DNA of 64,000 bases from Octopus sinensis (GCF_006345805.1 NC_043002.1:50592001-50656000); one strand, 5' to 3'; positions 36,672 to 50,351 are shown, numbered from the stretch's first letter. Numbers and translations: made by a program. Notes: generated from the sequence alone by a model not told the origin.

Positions 36672-36925
36672 CAGAAAATTATAAGTTCAAAAAGGTCATA
36701 AATATGGTAGTATATATATACACAGAAGGAGATATATTTAGGAGTTTACAAAGAATTTGGGATGAACTGACCTGTTTCATCATTTTATCGTTTCACCATT
36801 TTTTTAACGATAAAATGGTGAAACAGGCCATTTCAACCCACATTCTTTGTAAACACCTAAATATATCTCCTTCTGTGTTTATACATACTGCCAAAATATG
36901 ACCTTTTTGAACTTATAATTTTCTG
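36672..36925. repeat. Foldback element or palindromic MITE (arms about 120 bp)
   Basis: CAGAAAATTATAAGTTCAAAAAGGTCATA..CACAGAAGGAGATATATTTAGG.. mirrored by ..CCTAAATATATCTCCTTCTGTG..TATGACCTTTTTGAACTTATAATTTTCTG. Confidence 0.88.
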
Positions 36926-37364
36926 TGTATATATATATACATACTTCCAAACAAACGATTTCTAGTGAAATCCCAATATTTTTTTTGAACTTTTAAATAA
37001 TTTCTCAAGATTTTTTCTGTAAACTGTTTTTAACATTTTCTTATTATTATGAAAGAATGTATATATGTATTATAATTTTTTGCGCCTAATATTTTAATGA
37101 AGTTTTTAATATTTTTCCAAGATTTTTCCCTGTAAACTGTTTTTGACATGTTCTTCTTATTATTATTATCAAAGAATGTATATATGTATTGTCATATTTT
37201 GTGACAACCAGTACTTAACACAACAAAGCTTTTACATGTTACTTTTGACAATCTTTTTCTAAAAAAGCGAAACCGGTCAAGTGAATAAACATCTTTTAAA
37301 ATTGCATTTTCAAACCTTCTTTCATATATAATTCCATCGTGCGGTACCTTACAACTTCACTTTG

Positions 37365-37421
<57 letters not shown>

Positions 37422-37431
37422 GCATTGACTG

Positions 37432-37605
37432 CTAGCCACTAAAGCTTTGTTTTTATTCTCTCTGTTTATTTTTTCGTGTTCCTTTCTGTTGAAGGGCGTT
37501 GACTCGAAACGTAAAAGACTTTCTCACCTTCTCGAGCGTTAAACTAATACACCCGTTTGTTGTTTACACACCTGTCTTCGTCTTTTGATTTCTTGGGGTA
37601 AATGC
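37432..37605 (+). mobile_element. Short element family F with hammerhead-like motif (37482-37517, core CTGTTGA)
   Basis: CTTT-CTGTTGA-A-GGG..CTC-GAAA-CG-T-A-AAAG; homologous to 45398-45561 (-) and partial 28649-28718 (-). Confidence 0.6.
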
Positions 37606-37610
37606 CAACT

Positions 37611-37649
<39 letters not shown>

Positions 37650-37793
37650 GATCTATATGTATATATAGATATATGTATATATATACGCATATATATACCT
37701 ATATATATACATATGTGTGTATATATATACGCATATATATTTGTATGTATATATATGTATATATATATATATATACATACGCATATACATACG

Positions 37794-38253
37794 CGTAGGC
37801 AAGAAAGATATGCCATAATATAAATCTGGAAGATCCTAGAAGGGCTCGTCCCAAACTTTGGCATCGAGAGTTACACAAATGCTAGAACTGGGCGTCACTT
37901 CATAGTGCCAAGGACTCCAAATTTTCCATCAAGATGTAGGACAAGATACTGTGATAGCCTGGGGTTCAGAGGCCCACAGCTCTTCAATATCCTCCCGAAG
38001 AACCTGAGAGACCTGCATGGGGTGGATGCAGATGTCTTTAAAATAAAACTGGATCTCTTCCTGTCAGGTGTCCCAGATGAACCAACTTCACGGCAGCAGG
38101 TGCAGATGAGGGCAGCTGCATCGAACTCTCTCATGCACCAAATGGCAGTTGCTAAAAAGCATTGTGAAGTAAAATCATGTAGCAACACCAAATGGCGGTG
38201 CCCCAGCATGGCCACAGCTCGTGAGCTGAAACTAGATAAAATAAAATAAAAAA
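37794..38253 (+). mobile_element. CR1-clade LINE 3' end (ORF2 C-terminus + tail)
   Basis: [52 protein letters not shown]; ends GGCGGTGCCCCAGCATGGCCACAGCTCGTGAGCTGAAAC followed by (TAAAA)n. Confidence 0.85.
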
Positions 38254-38255
38254 TA

Positions 38256-39240
<985 letters not shown>

Positions 39241-40137
39241 TATATATATATACATAATTTATTAATAAAGCTGTAAAGACATTACAAAAACTGTTACCCA
39301 GAGCTTCACGTTCTTAATTTGGAGAAAAAAATAAAGAACTTTATTTTTGTTCCATACTCAACTAAAACTGTCCGACGAACGGGAACGTGAAGCTGTGAGT
39401 AACAATTTTTGTGATGTCTTTGCAGCTTTAATAAAACACCTTACTATATCTCCGGTATTCGAGTACTATTTTGTTCCTAATTTGTTTCACATTTATATGC
39501 CTACTCTGGATATATATATATATAATATATATATATACACACACACCTTTGCTGGTGTATAAGAGTCTCTGTGTATGTTACACTATAAACACACTCAATC
39601 TCACATACGCCCACACACACACACGCATACAAACATTTTGTCCTGCTAAATTAGCCAGTTATGTTTATTATTTAGATAATGTTTTTATCACGCAGTTCAA
39701 AGCGGACCACATGTTCAATTTCTTTTAAGGACGAAAATTGCAGGGATTTTGTCGACGTTATCATTCACATAAGAAGTAAATCCACAAACTTCATTTGCAT
39801 TCCACGTCTTTAATATGAATATGAATATCTTTAAATATGTGAGTCAGTCGGTGTGACTTTAGACAGAGCAAACTCTATAATGCTTTAATAAAATAATCGT
39901 AGAAGATACCTTCAAATAATTTATGCAAAAACCATTTAATTAGGTACGGTGTCTATCCTACAAATGAATTTCAATAAAAATTTAATTAATCGTACTCTGA
40001 AAATCTTTATCAAATGGATGAGATATATATTAAGGTAATGCATTTATTACATACAATTTTGAAATTATTTCTTGTACACCATGCTAATACTAGTATATAT
40101 ACATACAAATATACTCATACACACACAAACACGCTTA

Positions 40138-40251
40138 ACGAGCAGTGCTGAAAAGTTACTGGCTTTGAAGGTATCACGAAAGGCTTGATTGGAGACTCAA
40201 CCTTCCGAGTTCTTTTAGAGTGTTTAGAAAAACTGAAGCACCCCCAACTCG
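40138..40251. mobile_element. Deleted mariner-type MITE
   Basis: Ends ACGAGCAGTGCTGAAAAGTT.. / ..GCACCCCCAACTCG-TA resemble degenerate mariner-type TIRs. Confidence 0.45.
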
Positions 40252-40273
40252 TATGTTTAAATGTACATACACA

Positions 40274-40328
<55 letters not shown>

Positions 40329-40330
<2 letters not shown>

Positions 40331-40535
40331 GTTAATCCAAACATGAAAGCACAAAAAGACACAACAAGGCGAGGACGTGGAACAAATATAGTATTATTGG
40401 ACGCTCAGGAAAGAAGGAAGAAGGCTGGTTTAACGTTTCGAGCGGAGCTCTTCGTCGGAAACATAGGAGAAGGAAAGACAGAGAAAAAAACCGCCAACGG
40501 TACACACGCGGTCATATACACACACACACATATAC

Positions 40536-40566
<31 letters not shown>

Positions 40567-40775
40567 ATATATTATATATATATATATAGTTAATCCAAAC
40601 ATGAAAGCACAAAAAGACACAACAACGCGAGGACGTGGAACAAATATAGTATTATTGGACGCTCAGGAAAGAAGGAAAGAAGGAGGGTTTAACGTTTCGA
40701 GCGGAGCTCTTCGTCGGAAACATAGGAGAAGGAAAGACAGAGGAAAAAAAACCGCCAACGGTACACACGCGGTCA
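40329..40775 (-). mobile_element. Direct tandem dimer of hammerhead family E (ribozymes 40428-40462 and 40687-40721)
   Basis: Two ~190-bp copies 259 nt apart separated by (CA)(TA)n; both have core CCGACGA. Confidence 0.85.
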
Positions 40776-40780
40776 TATAC

Positions 40781-40822
<42 letters not shown>

Positions 40823-41764
40823 TATATATTATTTATTTGTGTGTATGAATGTGTGTGCGCGAGTGTGTATGTGGAAGTATATATATATGAATGTCTATAT
40901 GCAACCGTAGTATTGATGCGCGATGTCCAGTTCTCCACAATCGGTATATGGTACATAAAAACAAGCAATCACCACATAATATATTGCGATTACAACACAG
41001 CCACGTAAATAGCAGTATTTCTAATTCTTCCTTGTCAGTAAGTGCCTTGGAAGACTGGCCGAGACTTAACGTGAAAAATGGGATATATATATATATATAT
41101 ATAAAAAGAGAGATAGAGAGAGAGAGAGGTGGTGGAATGAGAGGGATAAAGAGCAGACGAAAAATGAAATATGTTGATCCCCATTTTAACTTGTAACATT
41201 ACTGCTTCGTATTTGATCGTCTGTTTTTGTATATTTTTGTTTCCGAACGATGACTCACATAACTAACGTTCAAAAATATCTAACTACATTATCAGAACAG
41301 CTTTGACTTTGGGCCCCAATACAATATATTACAAGAGTATTTGTGATGGATGATTGGTTCCAACCAACTATTTAGAATATGTAGAAGTTGTTTACTAGAC
41401 ATTTCGTTTTATATTTAAAAGAAAAAATTCTGCTGAGAAATGGTCAATGTTTGCCGTTGCCCACGACACATGAATAAAAACATGGCCAATGGTTGATGTT
41501 TGCAACATATGAGTAAAAACATTAAGATGGCTAACTCCGCCAGTATCTTTTCTTTGCTTCGTTGTTATTTTCATTTCAGATTGGTATGGAGTGATTTTTG
41601 TATGTACACTTGCAAATATTTCAATCGGTTACATCACACTCTCTCGCAATTTCTTATTACAACACTTTCCTCAGAGAAATACTGAAGCAATCTAACAAGT
41701 CACAATAGATGATAAATAGTTATATAATCAAAAGTTTCACGCGTCTAGCGAGTCTTATAGATTT

Positions 41765-41930
41765 AGGTATGATAGTGTGGTAAGAAGTTTGCTACCCAAC
41801 CACATGGTTCCGGTTTCAGTTCCACTGGCTAATACCTTGAGCAAGTGTCTTCAACTATAAGCCTTGGGCCAAACAAAGCCTCGCGAGTAGATTTGGTAGA
41901 CGGAAACTGAAAGAAGCTTATCATATGTGT
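41765..41930 (+). mobile_element. SINE family A 5' half
   Basis: Head and core, then (CA)/(GTAT)n. Confidence 0.8.
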
Positions 41931-41942
41931 GCACACACACAC

Positions 41943-41973
<31 letters not shown>

Positions 41974-42319
41974 TGTATGTATGTATATATGTACGTATGT
42001 ATGTATGTATCTATGTGTGTGTGTGTGTATGTCTTCGTCTTTGTGGTCGTCCTTCCACTAAACCTTAACAAGCGGTGTTAGATTGCGCGCTCTGTTGACA
42101 AAATATAATGATGCAAAATGAGACGTTTTGTGTTTTTTGGAGTCTGGTGCAAACATATTAAAATAATAAATTTCTTGAAGGAGAAGTAATGGAAGCCGTA
42201 TAGTTTGATTTCTTCTAAGAATGTAAACCAACATTTTGATACAGTTTGTCAAGATCTTAACACTTACTTCACTTTTGTATATCTTATAATAATAATGGGC
42301 ATACAAAAAAAAAATTTGT

Positions 42320-42520
42320 TGGTAGGAATTGTCAATTACATCGACATCAGTATTCAACTGGTACTTTATTTTATCGACGTCAGTATTCAACCGGTAGTTT
42401 ATTTTATCGACCCTGGAAGGATAAAAAGTTATCATGAATTCAGATTTGATTTCAGGATGTAAAGAATTGAAAGAAATACGTGAAACATTCTCTCTGACTG
42501 TCTGAAGATTCTGTCACTCT
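42320..42520 (-). mobile_element. SINE family D relic with internal ~33-bp tandem duplication
   Basis: ATCGAC.TCAGTATTCAAC.GGTA.TT.ATTTT repeated. Confidence 0.6.
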
Positions 42521-43244
42521 TCCAGCCTTAGTATGCCTTATAATAATAAAAGATTAGATATAGGAAATAGAATTGATAGTGGAATATATAATAACTTTAT
42601 TAAGAAAGACCAATTACTGATTACATTCATCCGGACGTTACCATTACATAAGTGCTTGCGGCATTTCATATTTATATAGATGTGAATAGATATATAAACA
42701 AGAAAAATTTAACTATTTCTCTCTCGGTATATTGGAAAAAAAAATTTTTTTAATAGCTATGAACGACCTTAATTGATTTTCGAACCCGATAAGTTGCTAT
42801 CATCAAAGAAGACAAAAAAGCACTAAACAGGCTTAATTGGCAGACGTTTGTGGTTAGAAAGGAGAAACAACAGAAAATGTGAAAAAACTATAAAGTTAGC
42901 TAAAAGTGGAGGTACAGAATTCCATGTTAACTCGATGTTAAGAGAATCTATTACAAAGTCGATAATAGGAAATGCTGTTCAGGCTCGTTACCAACGAAGA
43001 ATACCGCCACAATAATTTTAAAAGACATTTACCCTTAAAGAATGGATTCCTAAGATAAACAGCCGTAACCTAATGGTGTGAGGCAATAAGTCCACCTTTT
43101 TGCCAGTTCTGAAAGCCACTATGCTTCCAGTATAAATAAAGCAAAAGAAGTAACAACGATAGCTTTCACATACAATGATAAGACTTTTCACTATATGTAC
43201 AAGGCCTGGAATTTTGGGGGAGGATGCTAGGCGATTGCAACGAC

Positions 43245-43885
43245 TACAGTGTTCGAATGACACTTATCTTATTGAACCAGAAAGGATGAAAAGCAAAGTT
43301 GAAAGGCGTTTGAACTCAGAAAATAATATGGATGAAATGCCGTTTAGCATTTTGTCCAGCGTGCTAGCGATTCAGCCAGAGAGACACCTTTGAGAATTCT
43401 TTCTAATATAGACATAATGATTGAAATTTTGAGTGAGGAGGTACGAGGCGATTGCACCGACCCCTGTGCTCAACTGGTACTCATTTTATCGACCCAGAAA
43501 AAATGAAAGGCAAAGCTGATCTCGACAGCATTTGAATTCGGAACATCAAGATGAACGAAATGCCGCCAAGAGGTTTGACTGAAGTGCTAACAATTTTGCC
43601 AGCCCGCCGCCACCTTTCAGCATAGGGTAATAATGCAAAACATCCACCGAAATTTAAGTTGAAAACTATCAAAAGTGAGAAAAAAAAAAAAAAGAGATTT
43701 TGAAATGGAAATAATATTTGGAGCACCTTAAGGCGTCGGGTTGGCAGAATCGTTACCGCACCGGACAAAATGCTTAGCAGCATTTCCTCCAAGGTCGACT
43801 TTGCCTTTCATCCTTTCGGGGGTCGATAAAATAAGTACTAGTTGAGTACTGGGTTGATGTAATCGTCTTAGCTCCTCCACAAAAT
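43245..43885. mobile_element. Cluster of three SINE family D copies (two minus, one plus)
   Basis: Minus copies about 43245-43395 and 43410-43615; plus copy about 43728-43885. Confidence 0.75.
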
Positions 43886-44404
43886 CTGAAACCAATATTT
43901 GGAGCACTATAGCACAGTAAGTATTCTAAACAATAGTAACGATATTAAATAATAATATAACCCACAGACAATGTATTTTGTATCATCACCACCAAATATT
44001 ATGTAATAGAACGTCAATCCAGTGAGAGAGTATTTATGTGGTCACGTTAACTGCTAGAAATAGCAGCTAGATTCTCTCAAGTAATGCCCTACACTCAGAG
44101 AAAAACGGGAACGTTTTGTATAATGTGGTCATGGATACGGAGTTGAAGAAGGCGGCAAGGGACGGTCATGACTGGAACGTCTTTAATCCTATATTTGTTT
44201 ATTAGTGATTGATCTGGCGCCAAAGGAAAGGAACAGCAACGGCGATAACTAAGTAGCAACGTTCACGCCGGGTAAGTGGCTGACAATGTAGATACCCAGA
44301 CACCTAGCCATCCAATTAACCAATCAGCATCCATTACCAACCAACCAACCAACCCACAAACAAACCAATAAACGTACCAACTAATTAACCACTAAGAAAG
44401 TAAC

Positions 44405-44490
44405 TTACGGCGGACCGGCGTCCTGTCCAGATGGAGAACTTATACGCTAATGAAACCGGGAAACCGGCCCTTAAACAACAACAACAACAA
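44405..44490 (+). mobile_element. Probable SINE/L2-type 3' tail fragment ending in (CAA)n
   Basis: GGACCGGCGTCCTGTCCAG..GAAACCGGGAAACCGGCCC + (AAC)n; family assignment from recall. Confidence 0.4.
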
Positions 44491-45059
44491 GAAACTAAGT
44501 GACCAACTAACTATCCATTCAACGATCAATTAATGAGACAAGCAACTAACCAGTCAAGCTACCAATCTGCCAAGCAAGCAATCAAGTGAACCAACCAATC
44601 GACCAATTCTTCAGAAAAATGCTTGCGATATTGTATTTCACATAAATAATCACGGGCGTCGTTTCGTATCTATGACATTCGGTCACGTGATAGTAATTTA
44701 CATGTGTTTAATGCCTGTAAATATTGCCTCTCATACGTGACATTTCTTATTCTTATTGCCAATCTTTGAAACATTCTTCAATTTCCTCGCTGACTTTAAT
44801 AACTGCAGACGTGCAGTTTATTACAGACATTAGTTTATTAGCAATAAATATCCAAGCTACATCTAATATACATATATACACATTGAGACGAGCACACACA
44901 CAAACACAAATGCACACACACACATACATAACGACACACACACACACACACACACAAAGGCACACACATGTATATACACACTGAGACGAGCACACACAAC
45001 ACACACGCAGACACACACACAGGCACACGAATGGATATACATGGACTGCGAACATATCT

Positions 45060-45200
45060 TGGCACCGCTTTGAAGGGTTTTAGTTGAACAAATCGACCTC
45101 AGTACTTATTTTTTAATGCCAGGTACTTACTCCAGTGGTCTTTTTTATAGATCGAGGACGTAAACAAACCAACACAAGTTTCCAAGCAGGGGCATGTGAC
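45060..45200 (-). mobile_element. SINE family A 3' fragment
   Basis: GCACCGCTTTGAAGGG..GTACTTA..ACGTAAACAAACCAAC. Confidence 0.65.
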
Positions 45201-45397
45201 AAACACATACACAAAGACACAAACACATATACAAACATATAAATACATATGTATGTGTATATAAATATATATGCGTATATATAATTACCATTAAAATTAT
45301 AATTTAGGGTATCTAAGAGATACTATCACGTTGGAAATAGCAGCCAAAACTTGACTCTAAAACCACGATCTTATCTATATATATATATATATATATA

Positions 45398-45560
45398 TCT
45401 AAAGGGAAAGTTTATGAAAATAAACAAAAGACGAAGACAGGTGGTGTACAAAACAAACAGATGTATTAGTATAGCGCTCAGGAATAGAAAAAGTCTTTTA
45501 CGTTCGAGACTACGCTCTTCTACAGAAAAGTACACAGAAAAAAACAAGGAGAGAAAAAAT

Positions 45561-45561
<1 letters not shown>
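45398..45561 (-). mobile_element. Short element family F with hammerhead-like motif (45495-45530, core CTGTAGA)
   Basis: Homologous to 37432-37605; GAAA reduced to GAA. Confidence 0.6.
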
Positions 45562-45591
<30 letters not shown>

Positions 45592-46372
45592 CTAGCAGAA
45601 ACACCCGTCATTGACTGGGTTGAAATAAGCTGCCAAAATTGTACTATGGATATTGAAAGTTATTCACTTAGAACATATGTAAGAAATGGCTGTTGACTTA
45701 TTCATTGAACTTAAGTATTAGAGCAAGTGAAAATACAAATAGCTTTTCTTAGACAAACAGCCTGGTGGCTTGAAGATATAGATATAAAACGAATAAAAAA
45801 ATATGATAATGATATTAAAGTACACGCACAAATTTAATAGGAAATATATAGTAACAATCTATCTCCGTGAGTAGCATAATTCTTCAAACACAGTGAATAA
45901 TGAAGGACACAATTGAAAATCAAACATCGTAAAATTTGAAAAATAGACCATGAGTAATTTTCCGTTTTTAGTTTTTCCAGAACTTACTTGCAGTTTCGTT
46001 GTGTCTGGGGAGAGTCATTCTGCTTTGATGCCTTATTAACACTCACCTGTTCGATTTCCACTCATTTATTTATTTATTTATTTTTTCTTCTAAAATTTTC
46101 TTTGCTTCATGCAACGTCTTCCATCTTTGTTGACCCTGTCCGTTATCGGAGCTGCGTTTCTTTTTGTTTGTTTTTGCACATGCGTGTACGTCAGCGTGCA
46201 TGTGTTTACACATAGGAATGTACGTCATTGTTCAGTTTATTTCAAGGATTCTTGCCAACAGAGAGAGATATGGTTTCTGACCTAGATCCAAGGTTCCTTC
46301 ATTGGAATTTCAACATCAACAATTGGGTATTTTGTATGTATGTAGGTATGTATGTATGTATATATATGTATG

Positions 46373-46406
<34 letters not shown>

Positions 46407-46414
46407 TGCATGTA

Positions 46415-46640
46415 TGTGGACAAAGAGTGTGATTCGGCAGGAGGACTTAAACGACATGCAAAGGTACATGAAGCCCAGTTACAACTACAGCCGGCTATTA
46501 CCGGTGAAGATATTAGTTACCAATTCTGTACAACACTTGTAGATCTTTAGCTGGGCTAAAAAGTCACATTCGATCACAGCACCAGTAACAGTTAAGCTTC
46601 GTGCAATGGCCATACTCGATAACGAGGGGGCAGCCATCAT
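46415..46640 (+). mobile_element. RTE-clade LINE 3' end with two C2H2-like zinc-finger remnants, between (GTAT)n tracts
   Basis: DKECDSAGGLKRHAKVH..QFC..(frameshift) CRSLAGLKSHIRSQHQ*; RTE-like 3' UTR GGCCATACTCGATAACGAGGG followed by (GTAT)n. Confidence 0.65.
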
Positions 46641-46904
46641 GTATGTATGTATGTATGTATGTATGTATGTATGTATGTATGTATGTATGTATGTATGTAT
46701 GTATGTTAGTATGTATGTATGTATTTATGTATGTATGTATGTATGTATGTATGTATGTATGTATGTATGTATGTATGTATGTATTTATGTATGTATGTAT
46801 GTATGTATGTATGTATGTATGTATATGTTTGTACAGAGTTGTATGTTTTATGTATGTATTCTCATGTATATAACTGCATATCTAGACATGATCATATATA
46901 TTTA

Positions 46905-47032
46905 AATAATAAACTTCTGGAAAGTTTTACAGATTTTTACAGTTCCAGTGATGGACTGGATTTGTAGTCTTCGAATTAGCTTTCTCCTTTCTGGTTTTGA
47001 GAAGGTCAATTACTCAAGATTGGTATTTAGTC
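46905..47032 (-). mobile_element. C-terminus of an RLE-type non-LTR retrotransposon (R4/Dong-like)
   Basis: Minus strand LNTNLE*LTFSKPERRKLIRRLQIQSITGTVKICKTFQKFII*, matching the recalled LQ..S..GT.KI end motif. Confidence 0.5.
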
Positions 47033-48432
47033 AGTGTGTTTTACGTATGTGTATATATGTATGTATGCGCGTGTGTACGTATGTATGTATTCTGCATAAT
47101 CATCTGTTTGTGCGTCCACGTTTGTACGTTTGTAACTATGTTATCTTCCTTAGACTGGGCATTTTTTTTGGTAGCTCCGTTAGTGAGGAATCTAGACACT
47201 CGGGACCACTTCCATTGTTTTCCTCGGAATATTTTACACAAGAATTAACTTTTAGTTTCTCTGTAGCTGCTGTAGCCCTTCTCCCTATAAATCGACAGAC
47301 ACACATACAGACGTTCGTTTATATATAAACTGCAACTGTGGCCACCTATTGACTGTATAATGGAATAAGGAGATGTGCTTGAAAAGGAACAAGTGGAATT
47401 TAACCTAAACACCTATATAATATCATATATCATAAATATACCTATATGTGTGTGAGCATGCGAGCATGATGTGTAGGTGTATGGTGTGTGCGCGGTGTGA
47501 ATCCGTGTCTGTATTATACTTATGTTCTGTAGTTGAGTGGTTCGACAAAAAGGTGTCGATAGAATAGTATTTGACTGACGTATAAGTACTGGAGTTGTTA
47601 TGATCAATTAAACCTTTGATATATTCGCTTTGATGTATAGCCAGAGTCAGTATAATAATAAAGGAACAAATTAATGACATATCTAGGACCGCTTTATCCA
47701 ATCTGTCCTTATTGCCCTTAAAACAATGGAATGTAATTTAAGGAACATTTGGCTGCTATTTTAGCACGTCGAGTGAATTCACAAAGAATTTCCTTTGGTT
47801 TGGCAGGATTAGCAGTCATTTGTGGGAAACGGTTATGTGCTTGTTATAGGAGGGATAAGGGATACAGAGTTTGTTATTCGCTCCTAATTAGGTTCTGCGG
47901 CCATGTTGTAGCATAGCTGTTTCAATTTATATAATTAAATTATTCGTCAACAACGCTTGTTTTTTAATAACTAATTTGATTGCTATCTGCCAATTTGTGT
48001 AATGTAAATTCATTACTTGATGCATTTATTATTGTAAATGCCTAAATCCATGGCAGCATAATTAATAATTTCTTTTCGTAATCACGAGGTCTCGGTTTCA
48101 GTCCCACTGTGATGAATCTGAGAAAGCATCTTTAACGAGAGACTCGTTGCAAGCCAAACTGGGTTGATGGTAGCTGTGCAAAAGCCCATCGCATTGATTG
48201 TAGCCGTCTTTGAAATGACCAGCTTTGTCGTGCACCGAGTCACGCTAATTCCTCTAGAGAATTTCCTTAAGAGTACAACTGCCTGTGGAATACTAAGCCA
48301 CTTAAGCGCTTATTCAATGATTACTTCAGGTTATCCAACAACTGAATATTCATTGTCGAAATCAAACGTTCATTTAGTTTAAATGCTTAAATACATTTAT
48401 TACGTAAACTAAATTACTTTATTACGTATATT

Positions 48433-48802
48433 TATTACCTCCGCCTTAGTGAAGGCGGAAGTATTGTTTTCAATAGCGTTTGTTTGTTTGTCCGTGGACA
48501 AGATATATCAAGAACCATTGGATGGATTCTGATGAAACTTTCAGGGATGTTTGGCCCCGTGACTGGCATAAACCGATTAGATTTTGTGATCGGTCGGGTT
48601 CCAAACAAGGATTCTGGATTATTTTTTCGTTTTTTTTTTACTTAAATTTTGAGATCGGTTGGGTTCAGTTTTAGTATTCTTGTTTGCAAGAGCAGTCGAG
48701 TTTATTTCATATATTCTCATTATAAAAATCATCTCTGGCTAATCGTTGAGAGGACGGTGGTGTTTCCTTGGTGGAGATTTGCGCTCTCTGAGTGCTCTTG
48801 TT
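48433..48802 (+). mobile_element. Helentron-associated non-autonomous element (HINE/DINE-1-like)
   Basis: 5' TTATTACCTCCGCC with CCGCCTT/AAGGCGG hairpin; (GTTT)n; 3' sub-TIR TTGGTGGAGAT; terminal hairpin GCGCTC-TCT-GAGTGC; TT flanks. Confidence 0.75.
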
Positions 48803-49805
48803 TAATATTTCTTTTTTACGTAAATTTATTTCATTATTACGTAAATCAAAAATTCATTTACTTTATTACGTTGCTTACATAAAAAAGAGTGTTTTATAAT
48901 GTAAATAACGAATGCTATGTTATTTAAAGTAATTTTCACCTTTGCTTCTTTGTGAACGAAATTATTTTGATATAAATATTTTCTGTTTCAATAGTAAGTC
49001 GTTGACTTCGTTCTGTTTTGTGTAATATCTGTTTTTTCTTGCTTGGTATGTTTATTTATTAAAGGTTAGAAAGGTTTTGTTTGATATATTTCATTCCTTT
49101 GTCAGTTGTTTATTTATTCTTTACAATATCTCTGTTGTGTTATTTAAAAATAAAATGTCTGAAATATCAAACGTAAGAAGATCGTCAACAAATTCACATT
49201 TAGACATTCTGACGGAGTCGTTGATTTCTGACCCTTATAACCATTATTAGCTTTAGCTTTAGGTCCTGCGTTGTTCACCTAGTTATGTCGGCTGTTTCTC
49301 TCTAGCACAGCCATTCCAAGAAATGTCGACTGTTTTCAGGTCATCTTGAACATAAATTTCCATAAATTTATATGTAAACTTATAAACTCAATCGGATTTC
49401 CAGTAGGTAGAATAGTCGAGAAACTCATGCATATCACAAGGCCCATAATTTTTAACATCTCTGTAACATGACGTAAATGTGTTAATTGATGACACCTAAT
49501 GGATTCACCAAATATGCAAATGTAAGATTTTATGCTTTAAGAATATTTCCTTAATTCTTCGTCTTTTATTTATTTGATTCTGTGTGAGGCAGATGTTTAT
49601 CAGGATGACGAATTACAACACGTAAAGAATGAAACTTAGTCATGTTAACAGTAGAAATTCCACTATTTAGTCGAAACTAACTGATTCTTCTATCTGAAAA
49701 CGATAGAAGATAAATTCCTACATACAAAAAGAAGAATATGTCTTTTGTGTGCATTAATCTTCCATAACTTGATTGTTGCACAAAGGGAAAAACCTATAAT
49801 ATTTT

Positions 49806-50148
49806 ACTTGTTTCAGTCACTGGAATGCTGCCATACTGGGGCACTGCCTTCAAGGCTTTAAGCGAACACCACGACTATAGTACTTAATTATGGGAACGTA
49901 AACAAACCAACACCGGTTGTTAAGTATTGGGGTGAGCAAAGAACAACCACACACACACACACACACAAACACATACACACACGCACATATAAAATGGGCT
50001 TTAACACAACATCCGTCTACAAAATTCACTCTCAAGGTATTGGTTACTTCAGAGCTATAGTAGAAGACAATTATCCAAGATGCCACACAGATGGACTGAA
50101 CACAAAACCACGCGGTTGGGAAGCGAGATTCTTAACCACAAAGCCATG
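49806..50148 (-). mobile_element. SINE family A, full length, diverged
   Basis: Tail, internal (CA)n and head on the minus strand. Confidence 0.8.
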
Positions 50149-50351
50149 TCTGTGCCAATACACACAGCCACACCATCCACAACTCCATCCATATACATGT
50201 TTGTATATGTGTGATTTTGTGACGATGCGTTTTCTTGGCTTTTACGCCACTATAAAACCGGTGTCTTTTGTGTGCCTTAATCTTCCATAACTTGATTGTT
50301 GCACAAAGGGAAAAACCATTAATTGAATACTCAAATTCTTTAATTACTCTG

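Noticed and set aside
42831-43012. Stop-free stretch of about 60 codons (LIGRRLWLERR..)
   Set aside because: No polypyrimidine acceptor and no recognisable domain
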